In this document: piece by piece, positions 42,590 through 50,521 of the stretch
How positions within the stretch are numbered: position 1 is the stretch's first letter
Layout: each line of letters begins with the position of its first letter
Source of the DNA: Phormidium sp.
Lineage (GTDB): Bacteria > Cyanobacteriota > Cyanobacteriia > Cyanobacteriales > Aerosakkonemataceae
Direction of reading: 5' to 3'
NCBI GenBank assembly: GCA_051013385.1
Contig: CP143273.1
Coordinates: forward strand, 352,001-416,000
Length of the DNA stretch: 64,000 nt
Program-made: the position numbers and the translations under genes
Notes under the pieces: generated by a model
Seen by the model: the letters and a program-made list of their open reading frames with translations, nothing else
Databases searched by the model: none
Told to the model about the DNA's origin: nothing

Positions 42590-43273
42590 ATGGGAAAAAT
42601 AATTGTTACTGATTTAACTCGGTTTTCAAAACCTGATCAAGTCTGCATAGCTGGGATTGATATAGAAACTGGTGAGTGCATAAGACCTCTTCCCTATTTA
42701 AGTAGTGCTGAATGTGAGAAACTTCATATTCTGCCTGGAACAATACTTAGTGGCAACTTTACTAAGCGTCAACAAGTAGAAGGCCCCCATCAAGAAGACA
42801 GCAGCTATCAAAATCTCTCTTTTCATAGCTCTTGCTCTTCAGATGAATTTAAGAAAGTGCTTGAGTATGGTTTAGTAAATAGCTTAGAAGAGGGATTTAA
42901 TATTAAACTGGATAAAAATCAGAAGCATATCCCAATAGGTCACGCTCTGAATCATTCAATTATTACGGTGAAAGTTCATTCTAAAACTATAAATATTGCA
43001 GAAAGTAGCTATAAACCAGGCAAAATGACGGTTAGTTTCTGTGATTGGTCAAATCGTTGGTTTAACTATATGTCTATAACTGACTTAAATTTTTATAATT
43101 ATGCAATGAAGCATCACGAAGATAATAATCTTGATAGCCTCAATAAATACATCAAATCTCGGCAGGAAGCCTATCTAAGAATTGGGTTAAGTAGAATTTA
43201 TAAATCTAATGGAAGGGAGGGTTATTGGATTCAAGTAAACGGCATTTATACATTTCCTGATTACAAGCTGTAA
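42590..43273 (+). CDS. Dual OB-fold domain protein
   Basis: VCIAGID...IRP N-terminal motif; SITD...YLRIGLSR...IQVNGI C-terminal motif; AAGGA RBS. Confidence 0.65.
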   Translation: MGKIIVTDLTRFSKPDQVCIAGIDIETGECIRPLPYLSSAECEKLHILPGTILSGNFTKRQQVEGPHQEDSSYQNLSFHSSCSSDEFKKVLEYGLVNSLEEGFNIKLDKNQKHIPIGHALNHSIITVKVHSKTINIAESSYKPGKMTVSFCDWSNRWFNYMSITDLNFYNYAMKHHEDNNLDSLNKYIKSRQEAYLRIGLSRIYKSNGREGYWIQVNGIYTFPDYKL

Positions 43274-43351
43274 CTGCGATTCCAAGTGAGCGGATCGCGA
43301 TCGCAAATCGCACTCACCAACAAAGCTATAATTGCGATCGCATAAAATAAA
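43270..43351 (+). repeat. HIP1-bounded cassette-junction repeat, copy 1 (long)
   Basis: GTAACTGCGATTC...GTGAGCG...CGCACTCACCAACAAAGCTATAATTGCGATCGCATAAAATAA. Confidence 0.85.
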
Positions 43352-43389
43352 ACAGCTAGCAGCAGGGTGGGCATTGCCAACTTTTACCG

Positions 43390-43732
43390 CTATGTGCTGA
43401 TGACTACAGCTTGTCCCTTAATTGCTGTAGGCAAATTTGCTAAAACCTTTGGTATCAGAGGCTTCAGATCCGCCAAGCGGTTAGATGATGCTTGCAAAAC
43501 AATCACCGCTATGTCAAATTCTGGCAAATTTTGCTGAAATGAAAGATTACGGTCAACTGTAATAAAAACATCAAATTCTGCCGATGCGAGAGTAAGAAGT
43601 TGTCCATTTTTTGTTCCCGCCCATCCCATCTGCGGAACTGTTTTCACTTCATAACCTACAAATTCTCTCGCAAGTTTGCGTTCGCGTAGCGTGCTGTAGG
43701 CAATCGATGCACTCATCTAGAAGAAGTTTCAT
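43390..43732 (-). pseudogene. DUF5615 PIN-like toxin frameshifted by a 22-nt insertion
   Basis: MKLLLDECID from 43732 joins RKLAREFVGY...FITVDRNL only if 43681-43702 is removed. Confidence 0.8.
43681..43702. mobile_element. 22-nt SDR5-like insertion into a HIP1-like site
   Basis: GCG[TTCGCGTAGCGTGCTGTAGGCA]ATCGA; removal restores the CGATCG core and the reading frame. Confidence 0.75.
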
Positions 43733-43733
43733 G

Positions 43734-43952
43734 CTATGCCACCATACTAACAAGTTGTTTTCCAACCTCTTCTAGTAATTCGATAACTTGTTCCCTAGTT
43801 ACTGTCGGAAATCCATCAAGGAAATCATCTATTGACTCTCCTGCTTTCAAATAATCAAAGACTGTCTGCACCGGAACTCTTGTGTTAGCAAAAACCGGAG
43901 TCCCACCCATAATTTCAGGGGACGTACTAATAACTGGTGAGTTCTTAAACAT
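43734..43952 (-). CDS. DUF433 antitoxin
   Basis: PEIMGGTPVFANTRVPV...GESIDDFLDGFP. Confidence 0.9.
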   Translation of the reverse strand: MFKNSPVISTSPEIMGGTPVFANTRVPVQTVFDYLKAGESIDDFLDGFPTVTREQVIELLEEVGKQLVSMVA

Positions 43953-44055
43953 AGTCTTTTATCTTTTTAGTCTAGTATCTATCTTAAATGCAAAAAGTGG
44001 AATTTAGCGATCGCATCATTCTTTCAATACTGTTACTTTTGGAATGACTGAAATT

Positions 44056-44099
44056 GTAATTGCGATCGCACTCACCAACCAAGCTAGAATTGCGATCGC
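44056..44099 (+). repeat. HIP1-bounded cassette-junction repeat, copy 2
   Basis: GTAATTGCGATCGCACTCACCAACCAAGCTAGAATTGCGATCGC. Confidence 0.9.
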
Positions 44100-44100
44100 T

Positions 44101-44475
44101 ATGCAAATTAACAGGATTGAAAAAAGGAGAGTTAACATAGTAAATCTACTTCCACACGCCGATAAAGCAGTAGTCGATATTCGCAAACTTCGTGACTATT
44201 GCCTTAATCTAGATCATGATGAAGGCAAGCACAAAGCAAGGCTATTTTCGTCAATTTTAGGTATGACTGCTGACAATGCTGAGGACTTACGCGAAATTCT
44301 TCTCGAAGTTGTTAAAACTCAAGAGGCGAGGGTAGGACGGCGCGATGAGTTTGGACAACGTTACACTGTAGATTTTACACTCCAATGGCAAGATAGAAGT
44401 GCGAGCGTTCGGAGTGGCTGGATTATCGAAAATGATTCTGATATTCCAAGATTAACAACCTGCTATCCTCTGTAA
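44101..44475 (+). CDS. DUF6883-like protein (start uncertain)
   Basis: KLRDYCLN.DH.EGKHKA.LF...LG, GQRY, SGWI...PRLTTCY. Confidence 0.75.
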   Translation: MQINRIEKRRVNIVNLLPHADKAVVDIRKLRDYCLNLDHDEGKHKARLFSSILGMTADNAEDLREILLEVVKTQEARVGRRDEFGQRYTVDFTLQWQDRSASVRSGWIIENDSDIPRLTTCYPL

Positions 44476-44494
44476 TATCAGGAGGTGATAAGAG

Positions 44495-44743
44495 ATGAAA
44501 ACCTATACAATTAAGTTGCTTGATGTAGTAGCACTGACAGTCGATCGTCCTGAGTATAATTTGTGGCGTGGTCAAGTTGGAACTGTAGTTGATATTTTAG
44601 CTGATGGGGCAGCATTTGAAGTGGAATTTAGCGATCGCAATGGACGCACTTATGAATCTATAGGGTTACGCCCAGAGCAAATTATGGTGTTACATTTTGA
44701 GCCAGCATCCCCTGATAAAATCCCTGAAATAACTATGGTATAA
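44495..44743 (+). CDS. DUF4926 family protein
   Basis: LDVVAL...GQVGTVV...FEVEFSD..GRTY; AGGAGG RBS. Confidence 0.85.
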   Translation: MKTYTIKLLDVVALTVDRPEYNLWRGQVGTVVDILADGAAFEVEFSDRNGRTYESIGLRPEQIMVLHFEPASPDKIPEITMV

Positions 44744-44769
44744 AAAACCATTTTATGAGCAAACTTCAA

Positions 44770-44807
44770 GCGATCGCACTCACCAACCAAGCTAGAATTG
44801 CGATCGC
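44770..44807 (+). repeat. HIP1-bounded cassette-junction repeat, copy 3
   Basis: GCGATCGCACTCACCAACCAAGCTAGAATTGCGATCGC, identical to 44062-44099. Confidence 0.9.
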
Positions 44808-44859
44808 CTATCTTTGCTAGAATAGCCTCCACAGGTTTAATGCCAAAGGAAGTAGCTTA

Positions 44860-45114
44860 ATGGCAATTGTTATTACCCTCAGTCCAGAATTAGAAGCGCG
44901 ACTCCGCGATCAAGCTGTTCGCCAAGGTCAAGATGTCAATCTCCTGGCATCTGAATTGTTAGCTAACATTCTAGAGTGGGAAGCGCAAGACTCAGAAGCA
45001 GCAATCAAGGGCATTCAGCAAGGATTAGAAAATTTTGAAACAGGTCAGTTCCGGTCTTTTGATGAATTTGCCCAAGAACAGCGCCGTAAATATAATTTAT
45101 CCGCTGATTCATGA
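44860..45114 (+). CDS. Antitoxin (RHH/ParD-like)
   Basis: ITLSPELEARL...GIQQGLE.FETGQ; ATGA overlap with the toxin. Confidence 0.75.
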   Translation: MAIVITLSPELEARLRDQAVRQGQDVNLLASELLANILEWEAQDSEAAIKGIQQGLENFETGQFRSFDEFAQEQRRKYNLSADS

Positions 45115-45458
45115 AGTACCACATCGAAATTTCTAGTGTGGCAGAAGTGGAAGCGGATAGTGCATTTCTCCGGTTATCCCAACTCACATCCCCGACAAAA
45201 GCAAGCCAATGGTATACGGGATTACTGCAAGCTATTGCATCTTTATCTCAAATGCCAAAGCGTTGTTCTTTAGCAAGAGAAAATGAATATTTCAGCCAAG
45301 AAATTCGGCAATTACTGTATGGGCGAGGTCGCCATTCATATCGAATTCTTTTCACTATTTTAGAAGGCCAAGAAGTATCCACCGTTCGGATTCTCCACAT
45401 CCGACACGCTACGCAGCAAACCCTTGGAGAAGATCCAGAGAAACCTGACATTACCTAA
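45111..45458 (+). CDS. RelE/ParE family toxin
   Basis: SLSQMPKR...IRQLL...YRILFTI...VRILHIRH. Confidence 0.85.
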   Translation: MKYHIEISSVAEVEADSAFLRLSQLTSPTKASQWYTGLLQAIASLSQMPKRCSLARENEYFSQEIRQLLYGRGRHSYRILFTILEGQEVSTVRILHIRHATQQTLGEDPEKPDIT

Positions 45459-45503
45459 TATATTGCTGCAAAGCGTGTCGAGGCAATTAACAGGAAAAAA
45501 GCA

Positions 45504-46031
45504 ATGTCATGGATCTTTACTTTGTCAGCTGAGTGTGGTAAAGAACAGACTGCCGCCGAGCAGTTTTCTGATTATTTCGAGCGAGTTTCTTGGATTCTTT
45601 CCAATAATAACCAATCCCAATGTCAAACAGGAATTTTTCAAGATATCGAGGATAATTGGTGGTGTCGAGTTACTCCAAGTGGTATCAGTGAAGTGGGAAT
45701 AGACACACCAGAAACCGCTTATATGATGACAGAAATTGGTATTCTGCTTTATCAACATTTACGTTTTGCTCCCACTTTTCGCTATGCTTTGGTTGGTTTA
45801 GAAGTAGACGAATTTAGAACTTATAGTGAGTTGCTTGAAGAAAGTTCTCCCCAATCTTTTCCGGGGTTAGTTTTAGCTGAAACAATTTGGCAGTTACTTG
45901 GATCGCCCTCAGATTTTCGATTATTCAGTTCAGGATATGTCTGGAAACCATACCAAGGAGAAGTTTATCAGCCACTAATGGTATCGTCAGATTTGAAGAA
46001 CAAACTCAATGAATTGCTGAGTGTGGGGTAA
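45504..46031 (+). CDS. Hypothetical protein
   Basis: 175-aa ORF with an AGGA RBS; its stop lies within junction repeat copy 4. Confidence 0.75.
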   Translation: MSWIFTLSAECGKEQTAAEQFSDYFERVSWILSNNNQSQCQTGIFQDIEDNWWCRVTPSGISEVGIDTPETAYMMTEIGILLYQHLRFAPTFRYALVGLEVDEFRTYSELLEESSPQSFPGLVLAETIWQLLGSPSDFRLFSSGYVWKPYQGEVYQPLMVSSDLKNKLNELLSVG

Positions 46032-46108
46032 TTGCGATTCTGCGTGAGCGTAATCCTTCGCGAGCGCACTCTCCAAGAGAGCTAGAATTGCGATCGCCTA
46101 AAATAAAA
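46028..46108 (+). repeat. HIP1-bounded cassette-junction repeat, copy 4 (long)
   Basis: GTAATTGCGATTC...GTGAGCG...CGCACTCTCCAAGAGAGCTAGAATTGCGATCGCCTAAAATAAAA. Confidence 0.85.
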
Positions 46109-46548
46109 GTGAATTAATTAGTTTCTAAGTAACTGTAATTAAAACTATTATCAATTGTTGCTGATTTTTAAGTAATAATATCTACTCCTCCGAGAATTCC
46201 CTTAAGTAACTGTTAACTTTGCTAAACATAAATAGCAATTTCCTGCTTGTTTGTTATTTTTCTTCATTATACTTTGAGAAATACATCTTTTTTCACTTAA
46301 CATCTATCCAAGGTTAGACTATGTTCAAGACATGATTGAGGAATAAATAGCGCGATCGCCCGCAATCAAAGCTCATTTTTTAGAGACTGCTAACTAATGA
46401 GATTATTTTTGGGAATAATAAGTACAACCATTAGCAAGAGCCTGAACGGTAAAAGCTTTTCCTGGGAAGCGATTTCTCTGGAGACAGAGATGCAAAATGT
46501 CAAATATTTTGGCTCAATAAGTTCAATTTTAGTAGAACAGGTTTTTTT

Positions 46549-48345
46549 ATGAATGCAGTAACAAAATCCTCTAAGGAACAATTGCCAGAAGTTAAAGATC
46601 TCCAAGAGCAAATTGCTCAACTAGAACAGCAACTAATTGAAGCACAACAGGGAGAAAAGCGATCGCGCCGACTTTTACAGTCGATAATTGATGCTTCCCC
46701 AGACTGGATTTTTGTCAAAGACTGTGATTTTCGCTGTGTTCTAGCAAATCAAAGTTTTGCTGCTGCGATTGGTGCTACCTCAGAGTCGATTTTAGGCAAA
46801 AATGAACTGGAATTAGGTTATCCAGAGGAGGTAGTTTTTGGCAATCCAGAAGCAGGAATTCGAGGATTTCGTCAGGATGACTTAGAAGTTTTAGCAGGAA
46901 AAACGATACATAATCCCCTGGAAATGGGTTCAACAGTTGAAGGTGTTCGGATTGTGGATGTGCAGAAAATTCCCCTTTATGATGACAATGGAGAAGTTTA
47001 CGCAATTTTGGGATTTGCTCAAGACATTACCGATCGCAAACGTGCAGAAACAGAATTGTCCCAAACCAAAAATTTTCTCGAATCTGTGCTTAAGAATTTG
47101 CCTGTAGCTGTAATTGCTAAAGATGCTCAAAAATTGCGATTTGCGCTTTGGAATCAAGCAGCTGAACAGGTGTTTGGGTTAAGTGCTGCTCAAGTTTTGG
47201 GCAAGAACGATCATGATTTTTTTCCCAAAGAACAAGCAGAATTTTTCAATAGTATAGATCGGCAAGTATTAGCTAACGGTACAACTGTGGAGATTTCCGA
47301 AGAAGATGCTCAAATTCAAGGTGAAAGCCACATTTTACGAACCAAGAAAACAGCAATTTTAGATGAGTTAGGGCAAGGCACATATTTATTAGCAATTACA
47401 GAAGATATTACAGAACGAAAACGAGCAGAACAAGCCTTAAAAGAGTCAGAAGCACAACTGCGAAAACAGACAGAAGATTTAGAGCAAACTTTACAAGAAT
47501 TACGCCGCACTCAAACTCAATTAGTGCAGAGTGAAAAAATGTCTAGTTTAGGGCAATTAGTTGCTGGTGTTGCTCATGAAATTAACAACCCAGTTAACTT
47601 TATTTTTGGTAATCTGAGTCACGCTAAAGAGTATACTCAAGATTTGTTGGGATTGGTAGAACTTTATCAGGAACATTATCCAAATCCTCATCCTGACATT
47701 CAAGCAGAGTTAGAAGCGATCGAACTAGATTTTTTAACCGAAGATTTGCCGAAACTTTTAAATTCCATGAAAGTTGGTGCAGATCGAATTCAGAAAATTG
47801 TTGCTTCCCTACGAACATTTTCTCGCATGGATGAAGCGGAAATGAAAGAGGTTAATATTCACGAGGGAATTGATAGTACCTTGATGATTTTACAAAATCG
47901 CTTGAAAGCAAAACCCGATCGCCCAGAGATTAAAGTTACTAAACAATACGGTAATTTACCTTTAGTGGAATGTTACGCCGGACAATTAAATCAGGTATTT
48001 ATGAATATTGTAGCTAATGCGATCGACGCTTTAGAAGATGCCTACAATGCCAAAATATTAGTTAATCCAACAATTACCATTCACACCAAAATTATAGAAA
48101 ACAATCAAGTGATGATTATCTTAACAGATAATGGGCAAGGAATTCCTGACCAAGTAAAATCTCGCTTATTCGATCCGTTTTTTACTACTAAACCAATTGG
48201 CAAAGGCACAGGAATGGGGCTTTCTATAAGCTATCAAATTATCACCGAAAAACATCATGGAACTTTAGATTGTTTTTCTGAACCTGGAAAAGGCACAGAA
48301 TTTGTAATTAAAATTCCTCTCAAACAACCAGTGGGTTTGTTGTAA
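46549..48345 (+). CDS. PAS-PAS sensor histidine kinase
   Basis: Two PAS/PAC domains, EKMSSLGQLVAGVAHEINNP, NAIDA, GKGTGMGL. Confidence 0.92.
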   Translation: MNAVTKSSKEQLPEVKDLQEQIAQLEQQLIEAQQGEKRSRRLLQSIIDASPDWIFVKDCDFRCVLANQSFAAAIGATSESILGKNELELGYPEEVVFGNPEAGIRGFRQDDLEVLAGKTIHNPLEMGSTVEGVRIVDVQKIPLYDDNGEVYAILGFAQDITDRKRAETELSQTKNFLESVLKNLPVAVIAKDAQKLRFALWNQAAEQVFGLSAAQVLGKNDHDFFPKEQAEFFNSIDRQVLANGTTVEISEEDAQIQGESHILRTKKTAILDELGQGTYLLAITEDITERKRAEQALKESEAQLRKQTEDLEQTLQELRRTQTQLVQSEKMSSLGQLVAGVAHEINNPVNFIFGNLSHAKEYTQDLLGLVELYQEHYPNPHPDIQAELEAIELDFLTEDLPKLLNSMKVGADRIQKIVASLRTFSRMDEAEMKEVNIHEGIDSTLMILQNRLKAKPDRPEIKVTKQYGNLPLVECYAGQLNQVFMNIVANAIDALEDAYNAKILVNPTITIHTKIIENNQVMIILTDNGQGIPDQVKSRLFDPFFTTKPIGKGTGMGLSISYQIITEKHHGTLDCFSEPGKGTEFVIKIPLKQPVGLL

Positions 48346-48455
48346 GCGCTTGGGCGCTAAAGCACTGACAACCAACAAGAAAAAATTAGCACCAAAGGAA
48401 GTTTGTTGTAAGCGCTTGGGCGCTAAAGCACCTACAACAAACAAAAAAAATTAGC
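48335..48455. repeat. Duplicated ~56-nt REP-like hairpin unit
   Basis: GTTTGTTGTAAGCGCTTGGGCGCTAAAGCAC..ACAAC.AACAA.AAAAATTAGC at 48335 and 48401; the first copy supplies the kinase stop codon. Confidence 0.8.
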
Positions 48456-48493
48456 TAAAATCTACATTAAAGAAAGCACTAACAGGAAAAGTC

Positions 48494-49204
48494 ATGGTAC
48501 AGTATAATCCATTGCCATCAGAATCATTAGAAACCGAATTTTTTCTTGAATCTGACGAAACTCCAGTGGACAACGAACTACAAAATTTAGTACCCAATCT
48601 ACTGTTATCAATCTTGTGTTTAATTTGGTCTAATCGACAAGATTGGTTTTTTGGTGTAGATATGGCAATCTACTATGCAAGCGATCGACCTGCAATTGTA
48701 CCAGATGGTTTTCTCAGTTTAGGAGTACAGCGTTTTTCGGGGAAAAATGGACGTTTAAGTTATATCCTAAAACGAGAAAACCAAGTAGCACCAATCTTAG
48801 TCCTAGAAGTAGTTTCTAATACTTACAGAGGCGAGTACAACCAGAAGAAAATAGATTATGCTGAATTAGGAGTTTTGTATTATGTAATTTACGATTCTGG
48901 TCGTTATCATAGTAGACATGGGGATGCTTTTGAAGTGCATAAGTTGGTAAATGGCGTTTATCAAAGATTATCAGGTGAACCAGTTTGGATGCCAGAAATT
49001 GGTTTAGGAATTGGACGAGAAATGGGAACTTACGAAGGATGGACGAGAGAATGGTTGTATTGGTATGATAGCGAGGGAAATCGGTTTTCCCATTCCCAAG
49101 AACTTTTAGAACAAGAACGGCAACTCAGAGAACAAGAACGACAACTCAGGGAAAATTTACTTGCTAAATTGAGGGAAAAGGGAATAGATCCTGATACGTT
49201 GTGA
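48494..49204 (+). CDS. Uma2 (DUF820) family endonuclease-fold protein
   Basis: PVDNELQ, IVPDGFL, LEVVS, K..DYAELGV.YY; C-terminal EQERQLR repeat. Confidence 0.9.
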   Translation: MVQYNPLPSESLETEFFLESDETPVDNELQNLVPNLLLSILCLIWSNRQDWFFGVDMAIYYASDRPAIVPDGFLSLGVQRFSGKNGRLSYILKRENQVAPILVLEVVSNTYRGEYNQKKIDYAELGVLYYVIYDSGRYHSRHGDAFEVHKLVNGVYQRLSGEPVWMPEIGLGIGREMGTYEGWTREWLYWYDSEGNRFSHSQELLEQERQLREQERQLRENLLAKLREKGIDPDTL

Positions 49205-49241
49205 TAGTGCGATCGCACTTCAATTTACAGATCCAAACTCT

Positions 49242-49549
49242 TTAAGGTGCAGCCAAAAACCCATCACTTAAACCAGCATCTCTTAGTCGAGGCGCACCGA
49301 TATTTCGACTGAGCACAGCTAACCCAGCCAAATGTGCTTGTAAACCAGCAGTACTAGCACAACAATCTGTTAAAATCATTGGTTCAATACCAATATCAAA
49401 AAGATCCATCGCTATTTTCAAAACACACATATCAGTATCGATACCCACAATAAAAACTCGTTTAATAGCCTCAGCATGAAGATAATTACATAACTCATCT
49501 GGCATTCCACAAAGTCCAGCTTTGGAAAAGATTTTATCGAGATAAATCC
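49242..49549 (-). pseudogene. 5'-truncated isochorismatase/cysteine hydrolase
   Basis: FSKAG...VGIDTDMCV...DCCAS C-terminal half only; in-frame TGA at 49584-49586, with no N-terminal catalytic Asp region. Confidence 0.75.
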
Positions 49550-49852
49550 GATCCCCAAAACAAGGAATACATCGTAGGTTGTATCACCAATAATTCTCGG
49601 CAAACTATAAAACACATTTCAGTAACTTATGTTTGGCAATATCCCCCAGGGAAAAACACATTTAGTGGCGGATTTAATAGTTTAACTTTTGCTACTCCTA
49701 TTCAACCAAAACAAAATGTTTATTTTCGTAGTGGTTTTGAAATTGATTCTGATGCTTCCGGTGTGGAAGTGAGTGTGGTAAAAACTAAGCAAAAATACCA
49801 AACTATTACTTATGAAGCAATACAGCGTTTAATCATTCAGCGACGTAACTAA
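49550..49852 (+). pseudogene. 5'-truncated gene fragment (beta-rich, FxLYD-like)
   Basis: 100 open codons DPQNKEYIVGCITNNSRQTIKHISVTY...IQRRN* with no ATG/GTG/TTG near its 5' end. Confidence 0.6.
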
Positions 49853-50044
49853 TTGTGGTAAAGTAACAACAGATAGGTTTTAGCTAACCTATGGCGAACA
49901 GCGGAATTACTCGCTTCCCGCCCGAAGATAGCCTACACTCTTGTCTCCTTCTAAAACCTACCTTGTTCTATTACTAAATGTTTTTTAGTGGGAAAGAAGT
50001 AACTGCTTAAGCCGTGCCAAAACTGAAACTAGGGACAAACAACA

Positions 50045-50398
50045 ATGGAACAGTTATCAGAAAAAAATTGTGTTGCTTGTGAAGGAAATTCACCCCGTAT
50101 AAGTGATACAGAAATTGCTGAACTTAAGCCGCAAATTCCTGATTGGGAAATTGTCGAAGAAGAGGGTGAAGCACGTCTGAAGCGAGTTTATAAATTTCAC
50201 GATTTTATGACAGCTTTAACCTTCACTAATAAAGTGGGTGACAAGGCAGAAAAAGCCGGACATCACCCAGCTTTACTCACAGAATGGGGCAAAGTAACTG
50301 TTAGTTGGTGGACTCATTCGATCGGTGGACTGCACATAAACGATTTTATTATGGCAGCAAAAACTGATAAAGTTGCTGAAGAGTTTGTCACCAAATAA
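50045..50398 (+). CDS. phhB: Pterin-4a-carbinolamine dehydratase
   Basis: CVACEG, AEKAGHHP, WWTHSIGGLHINDFIMAAKTD. Confidence 0.9.
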   Translation: MEQLSEKNCVACEGNSPRISDTEIAELKPQIPDWEIVEEEGEARLKRVYKFHDFMTALTFTNKVGDKAEKAGHHPALLTEWGKVTVSWWTHSIGGLHINDFIMAAKTDKVAEEFVTK

Positions 50399-50521
50399 CG
50401 GTCAAATTTAACAGAAGAAAAATTGTTAATTCTCCTGTTTTAAGGTAACTTATGAGTTATGAGTTTTACTCCAATCATAACTCATAATTTCTCGCTAATC
50501 ACTAAGAATTTAATCACCAAA

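Noticed and set aside
44044..44100. N-terminal extension MTEIVIAIALTNQARIAIA of the DUF6883-like ORF
   Set aside because: It is mostly a translation of junction repeat copy 2 (HIP1 reads as AIA).
43270..46108. Canonical integron or CALIN
   Set aside because: No intI, and the repeats lack RYYYAAC/GTTRRRY boxes; kept only as an analogy.
49889..49935. ZTP (pfl) or glycine riboswitch
   Set aside because: TGGCGAACAG and CCGAAG resemble fragments of those motifs, but the other conserved elements (GGGAGC/CGCCTGGGC; GGAGA/TCAGG) are absent on this strand.
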